Both the position numbers and the translations under genes were made by a program. The notes under the pieces are model-generated. The model ran no database searches, was not told where the DNA came from, and was given only the letters and a program-made list of their open reading frames with translations. Shown piece by piece: positions 10,136-19,033 of a stretch of 64,000 nt of DNA. Each line of letters begins with the position of its first letter. Position 1 is the first letter of the stretch. Origin of the DNA: Marine Group II euryarchaeote MED-G34 (GTDB lineage Archaea; Thermoplasmatota; Poseidoniia; Poseidoniales; Thalassarchaeaceae); assembly GCA_002457605.1 (NCBI GenBank), contig NTJT01000001.1, positions 15,269 through 79,268 of the forward strand, written 5' to 3'.

Positions 10136-11026
10136 ATGGACGACTTGGACACACGGCTCCTAGTAGACTTGCTTAGAGATCGAATTAGACCTAGCAAGGA
10201 ATTAGGCCAGCACTTCCTTATCGATGACTCGGTCATCTCCAGATCGGTTTCACTCGCTTCATCTAAGGCCCTGCTGGGAGAAGATTCACACGTCATTGAG
10301 ATTGGCCCCGGACCTGGTTCACTGACACTGGCTCTACTGAGGGCCGGAACCTCGGTGACTGCCTTTGAGATCGACGAGGAGGCGGTCTCCCATCTGCAAC
10401 GTGTTTTCGGAGATGCTGATGGGCGCCTCGAAGTGCTTCATGCTGATGCCTTGGATATTGACTGGCCTGTGGATGCGACTCACGTAGTAGCGAACCTGCC
10501 GTATCAGATATCCAGTCCCGCGATAGAGCGAATCCAGAGACATCACGCCGCCCATTCTCTCGCATCTATAGTGCTTCTAGTGCAGAACGAGTTCGCCGAG
10601 AGGATGACCATTGGCAGGGATGCTTCAGCCCTCAGCCCATTGGCCCTGTCTCTTTGGCTGGATTTCGATGTTGAACTGGATGTCAAAGTGTCCCCTCATT
10701 CTTTCAGTCCCTCTCCCCGTGTGACTTCGCGCCTAGTTTCTCTGAAGCCCGTAGATAGGGCTGAGGGAGTAGATCGTAGGATGTTCCGAATCGTCACCCA
10801 GCACTGCTTCGCCAACAGGCGACGTAAGATGCGTACTCTACTATCTAGGCCACCCAGCCGTTTGAGTCGCATCCGAGGCTGGCACAAGAAGCGCTGGGAA
10901 GAGGCTGTCAAGAGCATCGAACATTCGACCCCTGAAGCTCTTCCTGAGGGGTGGATAGAACTCAGACCTGAGAATCTGCAGACTTCCCACTGGGTTGCAA
11001 TCGTAGAGGCAATTTCGTCTGAATGA
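10136..11026 (+). CDS. rsmA: 16S rRNA dimethyladenosine transferase KsgA/Dim1
   Basis: LGQHFLID, EIGPGPGSLT, VANLPYQISS, FSPSPRVTS. Confidence 0.94.
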   Translation: MDDLDTRLLVDLLRDRIRPSKELGQHFLIDDSVISRSVSLASSKALLGEDSHVIEIGPGPGSLTLALLRAGTSVTAFEIDEEAVSHLQRVFGDADGRLEVLHADALDIDWPVDATHVVANLPYQISSPAIERIQRHHAAHSLASIVLLVQNEFAERMTIGRDASALSPLALSLWLDFDVELDVKVSPHSFSPSPRVTSRLVSLKPVDRAEGVDRRMFRIVTQHCFANRRRKMRTLLSRPPSRLSRIRGWHKKRWEEAVKSIEHSTPEALPEGWIELRPENLQTSHWVAIVEAISSE

Positions 11027-11127
11027 GCCGATATGAGAGGGTTTTGACAGCGCCTTGATAGAGGGCCCACGGTTCCGCAGGTCAGGGCAGCGGGTCACGC
11101 GACGGGCCCAGACTGGGATGAATACTC

Positions 11128-12222
11128 ATGGCAAAGAAGGACACCTATCTTGCGCTGCTCAGACGCGGCATAGACGAGAACACTGCACACATCCTCTCCG
11201 ATAGCGGGGTTAAGGTGGGTGATCTGAAGAAGTTCGACGTCACCACTCTAATCAACAACTACGGACTCAAGAAGAAAGTCGCTGAATCCGTCCTCGATGC
11301 TGTGCGCTCGGGCCCCCGCGACTCCAGTAAGCAGAGATTCCTAGCCGATGTATTGTCCGACCGAGGGGGTAAGAAGAAGGTCGACAAGATAGAGGAACAA
11401 CGCTTCAAGCGAGAGCAGAAGGATCTACACGCTGAACTTCTAGAGAAGAAAGAACAACTCAGGATGGCAAGGGTCGAGGCATTTCGCAACAAGAAGTTGG
11501 TGATGAATAGGCTCGGCAAGACCATCGAACTGATTGTCAAGCTGGAGAACACCTTCGACGACGAGTCCAAGGACGAGCAACGCTCCAAATTACGTGACCA
11601 ACTAGAGACCAGAGGGCTAGAGGCAGCGAGAGATCACGAGATGCTCGAACTGGTCGGTACTCCGCAGGATATCGTCGACTTCCGCAGGAAAATAGTACCA
11701 AAGATATGCCTCCACGCATGTCCTTCCTGTGGTGAGGAAATCGACCCACTGGGAAGTAATGTGGTCGAAGATATGACAGATTATTCGCTTGTCTGCTGGG
11801 AGTGTGAGGAGGAGTTCAGAGCCCCAATGGCCCAAATCGTCGAAGATCGCTTGGCCAACGGCTCAAGAATCAAGATAGACACGAAGAAGAAACCACGTCT
11901 GCCAGTATCCCGGCAACCGAAGAAGAAGAAAATCACCTCAGTCTCTGAACAAATGATACGTGATCTTGAATCCACTGGTGCCTCGGCTGAAGAACTTGAG
12001 GCGGCGGTAGAGTCAAGCAAACTCTCTGGAGTGCTGATGAGCATAGATGACTGGATTGATCAAACCATAGCGGCGAAGGGTTACATCCAGGCTCAGGAGC
12101 ACCGTGAGGAATTCATCATAGCAACCGGCGCGGGTGCCACGAAATTCAACAAGTGGATGAAAAAGGCTGGATTGGTCTTCAACAAGCAGACAGGAAGATG
12201 GACCCGCTGGGAAGACCGCTGA
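11128..12222 (+). CDS. Hypothetical protein: HhH-like N-terminus, coiled coil, CPSC..CWEC zinc ribbon, helical C-terminal domain
   Basis: Long ORF with typical codon usage; two CxxC pairs; Lys/Glu-rich. Confidence 0.75.
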   Translation: MAKKDTYLALLRRGIDENTAHILSDSGVKVGDLKKFDVTTLINNYGLKKKVAESVLDAVRSGPRDSSKQRFLADVLSDRGGKKKVDKIEEQRFKREQKDLHAELLEKKEQLRMARVEAFRNKKLVMNRLGKTIELIVKLENTFDDESKDEQRSKLRDQLETRGLEAARDHEMLELVGTPQDIVDFRRKIVPKICLHACPSCGEEIDPLGSNVVEDMTDYSLVCWECEEEFRAPMAQIVEDRLANGSRIKIDTKKKPRLPVSRQPKKKKITSVSEQMIRDLESTGASAEELEAAVESSKLSGVLMSIDDWIDQTIAAKGYIQAQEHREEFIIATGAGATKFNKWMKKAGLVFNKQTGRWTRWEDR

Positions 12223-12231
12223 GGCAGGTCC

Positions 12232-12531
12232 ATGTCCGAAGAGACTCCGGTTATCCGGTTCTTCCGTGGCTCAAAGCCTATGGGATCTGCCAGAGTGGTT
12301 CCGGATGCCCCAATTGTAGAGATTGCTGAGTTGGCAGGAGTAGAAATTCCCACCAACTGCACCTCAGGTAACTGTGGGACCTGTCTCGTAAGACTGATCA
12401 GCGGTCAAGTGGACCTACCTGATGAGCTTCCACCTGGACTTGATGAAGATCTGGTGGCTGCTGGTGGCACGCTCACATGCTGTATCTACCCGATAGGCTC
12501 GTGCGATATCGATTTGATACCCCCACTATAG
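12232..12531 (+). CDS. 2Fe-2S ferredoxin
   Basis: CTSGNCGTC...LTCC motif; acidic 99 aa protein. Confidence 0.9.
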   Translation: MSEETPVIRFFRGSKPMGSARVVPDAPIVEIAELAGVEIPTNCTSGNCGTCLVRLISGQVDLPDELPPGLDEDLVAAGGTLTCCIYPIGSCDIDLIPPL

Positions 12532-12539
12532 GTGCTTGA

Positions 12540-12707
12540 ATGGTAGATTGGACGGATACCGAGTTTCTCGCCGTGCTGATATTCGATATCGCTGCAATCG
12601 TAATCGCGGTCTGGTGGATTTCAGGACGTTTCACCTCGAAGATGCGCGAAGTCGAGGAGAGGATGTCGAGGAAGGACTCAGAAACGGTCGTTGAATCAGA
12701 GGAATGA
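12540..12707 (+). CDS. Small single-TM protein (55 aa), absent from ORF track
   Basis: MVDWTDTEFLAVLIFDIAAIVIAVWWISGRFTSKMREVEERMSRKDSETVVESEE; AGGTG RBS-like sequence upstream; fills the gap after the ferredoxin. Confidence 0.72.
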   Translation: MVDWTDTEFLAVLIFDIAAIVIAVWWISGRFTSKMREVEERMSRKDSETVVESEE

Positions 12708-12710
12708 GAT

Positions 12711-12738
12711 ATTATTAATAATTATTAATAATTTTAAT
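12711..12738. repeat. A/T-only tandem repeat between convergent genes (probable bidirectional terminator)
   Basis: ATTATTAATA ATTATTAATA ATTTTAAT, the most AT-rich tract noticed in the window. Confidence 0.55.
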
Positions 12739-12743
12739 TGAAA

Positions 12744-13037
12744 TTATTCGTTCACTGCAGCAGTCCATCGTTCTGCATGGGGTATTCCTACCACTTCGAC
12801 ATGACATCCAAGCACTCCTTTCTGGGATGATATCTCATTCCTGAGATTAATCAAGTCATCGAGGCAACATGGACAGTGTGGATGAGGAGGTTTCACCCAT
12901 AATTCCACTATTCCGGAATCGTCAACCTCCACTCCCCTCAGAATTGAATCGTCTGTAATCGGTTTTCCGTGCGGTTCGTTACGATCCTGCAGTACTCTTG
13001 CAAGCCTCATCTGTGCTTTCCGTTTGGCCCTGCTCAT
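12744..13037 (-). CDS. DUF59/SufT-like Fe-S cluster assembly protein
   Basis: EPH.KPITDDSILRGVEV...PPHPHCPCC...RWT; fits the DUF59 DPE...CP pattern. Confidence 0.7.
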   Translation of the reverse strand: MSRAKRKAQMRLARVLQDRNEPHGKPITDDSILRGVEVDDSGIVELWVKPPHPHCPCCLDDLINLRNEISSQKGVLGCHVEVVGIPHAERWTAAVNE

Positions 13038-13038
13038 G

Positions 13039-14292
13039 CTACCACTCCGTCAGCAGTGGGAATGACTCACCCATGGTTAGACACTCCATCCCATCTGCAC
13101 CGCGCACCCATGTGTCCTCGACCCCAATTGCTCCTTCGGAATAGATTACTTTAGGCTCGATGGCCATAGTACCACCCTTTTGTAGGGGCTGGTCGAAACC
13201 TCTTGCTACCACTGGTGTCTCATCTAGTTCAAGGCCGACAGAATGGCCAAGGAATCTAGCCTGATCAGGAGGCATCCCCATTAGGTGACCTACATGACCC
13301 ATTTCCGTTACCATTGCACTCCCTTCGTCCCAGACAGTCGAGCAGTCTACGCCTTTTCCAAGACTGTCTTTGATGAAGCTAGCGACTTCTTCCATGTCAT
13401 TGAGTTTCTGTTTCCACTCGTCGGAGAGCCGGCCGGCGCTGAACATTCGAGTGCAGTCCGAGACGTAGCCACGGTGGACGTGGACAATGTCCACGAGCAC
13501 TGGCTCACCCTCGACTACTCTGGCAAAGCCCGCACCCAGAGAGGCTATTGGACTGGCTCCAAGTCCAGCTACTCCCGAGTCGAAGTATGAGGGCACCGCA
13601 CCAGAACGACCGGCGGCAATAACCACCCTATCGCAGTCCATCGGCCAAGTCCTCATTCTGATGCGTCCACCAAATCCCGCAGCCCTACTCACCTCATCGG
13701 CAGCCCCAGCCATCTCGATTTCGGTCTGTCCGATGCCCCCTTGATCACGAATCACATCGAACATCATCCGATTAATCCGACCACTCTCGCGGTGCATCTC
13801 AAGCTCCCATTCTGACTTGGTCTCTCTGAGTGAGTACAATATGCCCGTACAGTCCTCGCTTTCGCCACCTAAGCCATCTATTTTCGATGAAAGGAAAGAC
13901 CACCTAGATTTCGGTACCTTGGCGGCCAACATCCCCGGGGTTCGAGTACACCCTGCTTCACTGAGAGAAACCTCGAATTCGCCCATTCCAGGTCTGGCTG
14001 TTATGGAGTGGGGCGAATCACTGCCCCCAGATTCGTGGCGAGCCCGCTGCAGAGAGCGCCTGACCCATTGGGTGTTTGATACCTCAGATCCTTCTGCGCC
14101 GACCAGCAGCAGTGAGTTCTGCCGACCTCCAGTCAGCCAGTAGAGTTCGACTGGGTCGTCGATTAGCACGGATTCATGGCCAGCTCGGGCAAGCGCCTCA
14201 GAAAGTCTAGATTGCCTCATTTCTAACTCTGATACGGGAACCCTCCAGTCCTCGCCGTCCGGGCCTGAAATGCGCTCGGCATCCCAACTCAT
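13039..14292 (-). CDS. Xaa-Pro peptidase (M24 family)
   Basis: GYVSDCTR, FLGHSVGLELDE, MAIEPK, GVEDT motifs; start at MSWDAE. Confidence 0.9.
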   Translation of the reverse strand: MSWDAERISGPDGEDWRVPVSELEMRQSRLSEALARAGHESVLIDDPVELYWLTGGRQNSLLLVGAEGSEVSNTQWVRRSLQRARHESGGSDSPHSITARPGMGEFEVSLSEAGCTRTPGMLAAKVPKSRWSFLSSKIDGLGGESEDCTGILYSLRETKSEWELEMHRESGRINRMMFDVIRDQGGIGQTEIEMAGAADEVSRAAGFGGRIRMRTWPMDCDRVVIAAGRSGAVPSYFDSGVAGLGASPIASLGAGFARVVEGEPVLVDIVHVHRGYVSDCTRMFSAGRLSDEWKQKLNDMEEVASFIKDSLGKGVDCSTVWDEGSAMVTEMGHVGHLMGMPPDQARFLGHSVGLELDETPVVARGFDQPLQKGGTMAIEPKVIYSEGAIGVEDTWVRGADGMECLTMGESFPLLTEW

Positions 14293-14330
14293 GCTAACGC
14301 TTCTAGAGCCACCCACGAAAGGTATTGTGG

Positions 14331-14349
14331 GAACACACAGAGTGTGTTC
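14331..14349. repeat. Perfect 8-3-8 inverted repeat in the divergent M24/pgk region
   Basis: GAACACAC-AGA-GTGTGTTC. Confidence 0.7.
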
Positions 14350-14359
14350 TGCACCCACA

Positions 14360-15664
14360 ATGGCCATAGAGGGGCCGCTGGTGCCGCCAAACGTGACTAC
14401 CGTCCTGTCGCTGGACGACGTCCGCCTTGCGGGACGGACCGTGCTATACAGAACCGACGTTAATTCTCCTCTCCATCCGTCGACTGGCGCATTCCTTGAT
14501 GACAGCAGGCTACGCTCGATACTCGAGACCCTCAGGGACCTGTCTGATGCACAGGTCGTCATCATGGGACACCAGTCGAGACCAGGCAAGGAAGACTTCA
14601 CCGATATGTCGGGCCACTGTGACCGACTGTCCCGTCTACTCGGACAACCAATTCAATTCGTCTCCGACATCTGTGGAGACGAGGCTCTAATGGCCATCGA
14701 GGCGCTTCAGCCCGGGGAGAAAATATTCCTAGACAACGTTAGGATGCACCCTGAGGAGTACGGTCCCGAGAAGGTAAGTGAGGATGAGGAGCATGACTCT
14801 GAGATTGTCACTAAACTTTCCGCTATGGCCGATGTCTACGTTACTGATGCCTTCGGAGCATCACACCGCAATTCTCCAACTCTGACCGGATTTGCTGAGG
14901 AGATGCCTTGCATCGCAGGTCGGCTGATGAACAATGAGATCAGGTCACTGAGTCTTGCTGTTAATGACCCCCCGAGGCCATATGTAGCAATTCTTGGTGG
15001 TGCGAAGTGCGACGACTCACTAAGAGTCGCACTCAATCTAATCGGCCGTGAAGTAGTCGACACCATTGTCATGGTAGGAGTAGTTGGAAACATGATGCTG
15101 TGGGCAAGTGGGCATGACATCGGAAGTAGCAACAAGGAGTTCATTCGTAGTACTATGGGGGACGAATTCGAGAAGACATGGAAGATGGCCGAAAGACTGG
15201 TCACAGACCACTCGGAACTACTATTCTTGCCTCGTGACCTCGCCGTTGAGGTGGACGGCCAACGTCAGCCGTTGGAACTCAGAGCGCTACCGACACAACA
15301 CCCCATCTATGACATCGGCTTCCAGACATTGATGGACATGCGACCTCTCATCACGGGCGCCGGCTGTGTGCTTTGGAATGGTCCAGCCTCATACTTTGAG
15401 CTGCCCGAGTTCGCCTTCGGAACCATCGAGATTCTCAACATGTGCGCAGAGGCTACTGGGGTGTCTATCGTCGGTGGCGGACACACTAGTGCGTTGGTGA
15501 ATCAGCGTGGAATGTCCGGAGAGGTCAGCCACAACAGCACTGGGGGTGGCTCGGCACTGGGAATGCTCTCAGGCGATCCAATGCCCGTTATTGACGCACT
15601 CACGCGTTCAAACGACAAGTTCAGACCACTGCTCGCTGCATTGGGCCTTGAACCGGCGGAATGA
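14360..15664 (+). CDS. pgk: Phosphoglycerate kinase
   Basis: RTDVNSP, HQSRPG, DAFGASHR, LGGAK, WNGP, GGGHT, STGGG. Confidence 0.95.
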   Translation: MAIEGPLVPPNVTTVLSLDDVRLAGRTVLYRTDVNSPLHPSTGAFLDDSRLRSILETLRDLSDAQVVIMGHQSRPGKEDFTDMSGHCDRLSRLLGQPIQFVSDICGDEALMAIEALQPGEKIFLDNVRMHPEEYGPEKVSEDEEHDSEIVTKLSAMADVYVTDAFGASHRNSPTLTGFAEEMPCIAGRLMNNEIRSLSLAVNDPPRPYVAILGGAKCDDSLRVALNLIGREVVDTIVMVGVVGNMMLWASGHDIGSSNKEFIRSTMGDEFEKTWKMAERLVTDHSELLFLPRDLAVEVDGQRQPLELRALPTQHPIYDIGFQTLMDMRPLITGAGCVLWNGPASYFELPEFAFGTIEILNMCAEATGVSIVGGGHTSALVNQRGMSGEVSHNSTGGGSALGMLSGDPMPVIDALTRSNDKFRPLLAALGLEPAE

Positions 15665-15736
15665 GCCACTGGGGGGACTTGAACTCCCGACCTCCTGATT
15701 ACGAATCAGGTGCTCTACCAACTAAGCTACAGTGGC
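15664..15736 (-). tRNA. tRNA-Thr(CGT)
   Basis: Reverse complement GCCACTGTAGCTTAGTTGGTAGAGCACCTGATTCGTAATCAGGAGGTCGGGAGTTCAAGTCCCCCCAGTGGCT folds as a cloverleaf with anticodon CGT; no encoded CCA. Confidence 0.95.
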
Positions 15737-15818
15737 GTCAGCGCGGCCACCTTAGACACTCGGATAAGAGAATCGGTGCCGTAGGCAACGCTAAGGTCCC
15801 ACTGATTTACACACCTGC

Positions 15819-16385
15819 ATGGAAGAGACTGACGAGGGCGCAGCCCCCGAAGAAACGACACTATCAGGAACACCGAATGCCGCCCCCGCTGGCGATGATG
15901 GTGGAGCGTATGGCCAACCCGCTGTGATGGTTGGCCCGAAGAGCTCCCTGCCCAAGATTATGGGAATTCTCATGATGATTTACGGAGTCCTAGTGGGACT
16001 GATGGGAGTTCTCGCATTAGCCGCCACTGGAGATTCGATTTCTGAGTACGAAAATATTGGTATCGAGGTCAACTCGATTTTCATGTGGGTCCAAGCGGGT
16101 GTAGGAGCTGTAGTTCCTTTCGTGATTGCATATGCCGGAAACCAGGTCCGCAACTACCAGAGGAGCGGTGTCATGATGGGACTCTACGCAATTGGGGCCC
16201 AACTCGCTGTGTCACTGATTGGGACCGTTCTGTTCGCCGATGCCATGGCAGAGATGGCCGGAGACAGCGCTCTCGGGGCAGCCGCGGGAGGCATTGGAGC
16301 ATTCTTCCAAGTCTTCTGTGCTGGTTTATGCGGCCTTTTGGTGGCTCTACCAATACTAGCCTCTGCCGACTCTTTGGAAGATTAG
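15819..16385 (+). CDS. Hypothetical 4-TM membrane protein
   Basis: Acidic N-terminus followed by four hydrophobic segments. Confidence 0.75.
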   Translation: MEETDEGAAPEETTLSGTPNAAPAGDDGGAYGQPAVMVGPKSSLPKIMGILMMIYGVLVGLMGVLALAATGDSISEYENIGIEVNSIFMWVQAGVGAVVPFVIAYAGNQVRNYQRSGVMMGLYAIGAQLAVSLIGTVLFADAMAEMAGDSALGAAAGGIGAFFQVFCAGLCGLLVALPILASADSLED

Positions 16386-17767
16386 CGCAGCGCGCTGAGA
16401 TCCGCCATGTGCCCGATGCGGGCGTTGACATCCGCGAGGATACTCTCCAGCGCAGCATCGGTCCTGCCCTCCGCGCGCATCACTAGGATGGCTTCGGTGT
16501 TGCTCGGTCGGCACAGGTACCAACCGTCGTCGTAACGCACCCTGATGCCATCCACCGTGGAGCACTCCATGTCCGAGAAGGCTTCCTGCACGGCTGTCAT
16601 GACTTCTTCTCGCTCACCAGGTAGTGGGACTTTAGCCTCCCCTGTTGAAGGGTAGTCTGGCAGGAATGAGAAGCGCTCTGAGAAGGATGGACCACCATCT
16701 GAAGGAGAAGGGTCGCGTCCGATTATCTCAAGCAGGCGCGCGGAATTGTAGAGTGAGTCGTCAAAGCCCGGCCAGCGGTCATGCAGGAAGAAGTGTCCTG
16801 ACATCTCACCTGCCATCGGGGATTGGGGGTTGTCCCGCAATTCTCGTTTCATGAACGAGTGACCGGTTCTCACCATTTTCGGCACACCACCAACAGAGGC
16901 GATTGCCTCTTCTAGTGCCATACTGCACTTGACATCGAAGTACACTGTTCTCTCGGCCTCCGTGGCATCCTCTGGCAGGTTGGACAGGATGTCTGAGGCG
17001 AATATTGCCATCAGTCTGTCCGGGTGGATGAAACGTCCGGCTTCGTCGACCACGCCAATTCTATCTCCATCCCCATCCATCCCAATACCGAACTCGGCTC
17101 CGTGTTCAATCACCGCAGCTGCTAGATCGGCCATGTTGCCCTCGCGAGTCGGATCCGGTGGGTGGTTAGGGAAGCTGTTGTCCCACTCGCAGTACAGCGG
17201 AATCGCATCGATTCCTAGAGCATCCATGAGTCTCACCGCCAGAGGTCCTGGGACAGCGTTGCCACAGTCCACCACGATACGAATCGACCTAGCAGGCCTG
17301 CCAGCATTCTCAACTATCGTGCGAATGTAGTGGTCCTCAAAGCCACCTACCTCGACGTGAGTGCCCTCGCCCTCGCGGAATTTACCCGACTCAAAGGCCA
17401 CTCGTAATTCCTGCAGTTCACCTCCGGCCACTGGAAGTTTGCCGTGGCAGATTTTGAATCCGTTGTATTCGGGTGGGTTATGACTCGCTGTGATGGCCAC
17501 AGCGGCTTGCACAGGGAGGTCGACCGTGGCACGGTACAGTACTCCAGTAGTAGTCACACCCAAATCGAGGACATCCGCGCCGGTGCTGACAATCCCCTCC
17601 ACGAAGGCAGCATGGAGGCTGGGCCCGGAATCTCTGATGTCTCTCGCGATAGCAACAGAGGAAGCGTCGAGGTGAGTTGCAACGGCTTTTCCTAGAGTTT
17701 TTGCGAATTCGGGTGTCAACTCGCTGTCCGCGATGCCCCTGATGTCGTACGCCTTGAACACACTCAC
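16382..17767 (-). CDS. Phosphomannomutase/phosphoglucomutase
   Basis: FKAYDIRG, ITASHNP, DGDGDR, GEMSGH, RPSNTE. Confidence 0.94.
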   Translation of the reverse strand: MSVFKAYDIRGIADSELTPEFAKTLGKAVATHLDASSVAIARDIRDSGPSLHAAFVEGIVSTGADVLDLGVTTTGVLYRATVDLPVQAAVAITASHNPPEYNGFKICHGKLPVAGGELQELRVAFESGKFREGEGTHVEVGGFEDHYIRTIVENAGRPARSIRIVVDCGNAVPGPLAVRLMDALGIDAIPLYCEWDNSFPNHPPDPTREGNMADLAAAVIEHGAEFGIGMDGDGDRIGVVDEAGRFIHPDRLMAIFASDILSNLPEDATEAERTVYFDVKCSMALEEAIASVGGVPKMVRTGHSFMKRELRDNPQSPMAGEMSGHFFLHDRWPGFDDSLYNSARLLEIIGRDPSPSDGGPSFSERFSFLPDYPSTGEAKVPLPGEREEVMTAVQEAFSDMECSTVDGIRVRYDDGWYLCRPSNTEAILVMRAEGRTDAALESILADVNARIGHMADLSALR

Positions 17768-17819
17768 GGCCCGGGCCAGATGCAGACACTCCTAAGCGTT
17801 CCCGATTCGGGACAGCCAC

Positions 17820-18176
17820 TCAATCAGCGTACTTATCGGCTCCTTGGAAGTGCAGTGAGACATATTTCTCGTCGCCGACGACCCAACTGTCGTGAGGCTC
17901 CGGGCCGATGTAGAACAGATCACCCGGACCTAGGGTGTATACCTCACCGTCCTTGAAAGCGCAAGTCGCATGACCTTCTAGCACCATCCCGAGGTGCTCG
18001 ACCTCACAGAAATCCGTACCAGACAGTGGTGATACATCGACCGACCACTTCCAACCTGGCTCGTAAGTTGCCCGTCCTATGGTCATACCATCGAAATGAA
18101 CTACTTCGAACCTGCCCTTCTCAAACTCTCGCAACTCATCAGGCTCCTCAAAACGCTTCAGGATGATATCGTGCAT
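17820..18176 (-). CDS. Cupin domain protein
   Basis: EPGWKWS..CEVEH..GDLFYI.P.PHDSWVVGDE; ATG overlaps the ridA stop (TGATG). Confidence 0.82.
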   Translation of the reverse strand: MHDIILKRFEEPDELREFEKGRFEVVHFDGMTIGRATYEPGWKWSVDVSPLSGTDFCEVEHLGMVLEGHATCAFKDGEVYTLGPGDLFYIGPEPHDSWVVGDEKYVSLHFQGADKYAD

Positions 18177-18550
18177 CAGGCTCCTCCACAACCGCGAAAC
18201 GCTTCACAGACAATCTCAATCAGTGCGCCGCCAGGTAGGTCTGCAACTCCATAAGTTGCTCTGGCAGGAGGCATAGAGTCCCCGAGCCACTCGGAGTAGA
18301 TTTCGTTTACCGTAGAGAAGAAACCTATGTCGGCCAATAGTATAGTGACCTTGACGAGATCAGTCTTGGAGCTGCCCGCTGCAGCCAGCAGACCGTCCAC
18401 CTTGGCCAGAGTGCCGTGTGTCTGCGCTTCTATTCCGTCTACCGAGAAATCCACTTGTCCGGACAACCAGATGTGATCCTTCACGGTGATTCCCGGGCTA
18501 TATGGTCCGAAGACAGATTCACCAGTATCAATCTTCAACTTGCGAGTCAT
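18176..18550 (-). CDS. RidA/YjgF enamine deaminase
   Basis: GPYSPG, LSGQV, VNEIY, PPAR, LPGGALIEI. Confidence 0.9.
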   Translation of the reverse strand: MTRKLKIDTGESVFGPYSPGITVKDHIWLSGQVDFSVDGIEAQTHGTLAKVDGLLAAAGSSKTDLVKVTILLADIGFFSTVNEIYSEWLGDSMPPARATYGVADLPGGALIEIVCEAFRGCGGA

Positions 18551-18580
18551 ACCTCTCGCACAGGCTCTTTGGTGAAATGT

Positions 18581-19033
18581 TTACTCACGCAACATCTCGA
18601 TGATTCGGAAGTGACTTCCAGCTACTTCATCCGCTGTCAGTTCGGCTATTGGCACCCAAGCAGCATCTTCTGCGTCATCGCCACTCCGTGGCACCGCTTC
18701 GGATTCAACGTCAACTAGGTAGAACAGCGCGATGATGTGCTTTCGCGGATCTCTGTCTGGGTCACCTTGGATTGCGAGAGCGACTGGGTCGTAACCATCG
18801 ACCCCCGTCTCTTCCTCAAGCTCACGCAGGACCGCGTGCTCAGGGTCCTCCCCATAGTCTACGAAGCCACCTGGAAATGCCCATCGTCCTTTCCAGACTT
18901 CGGGCTCACCACCCCTTCTGATTAGCAAAGCTTCGATGCCGCCCCCGGCCTCCCTGAGGGCGACAGCATCCACAGCGACAGCAGGATTACTGTAACCGTC
19001 ACGCCCGCAGACATCGCACGCATCACTCTCCAT
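18581..19033 (-). CDS. NUDIX hydrolase (ADP-ribose pyrophosphatase-like)
   Basis: Nudix box GGFVDYGEDPEHAVLRELEEETG; RDPR motif. Confidence 0.9.
   Translation of the reverse strand: MESDACDVCGRDGYSNPAVAVDAVALREAGGGIEALLIRRGGEPEVWKGRWAFPGGFVDYGEDPEHAVLRELEEETGVDGYDPVALAIQGDPDRDPRKHIIALFYLVDVESEAVPRSGDDAEDAAWVPIAELTADEVAGSHFRIIEMLRE

Noticed and set aside
15661-15927. 88-aa ORF MSHWGDLNSRPPDYESGALP
   Set aside because: Antisense translation of tRNA-Thr, a classic artefact
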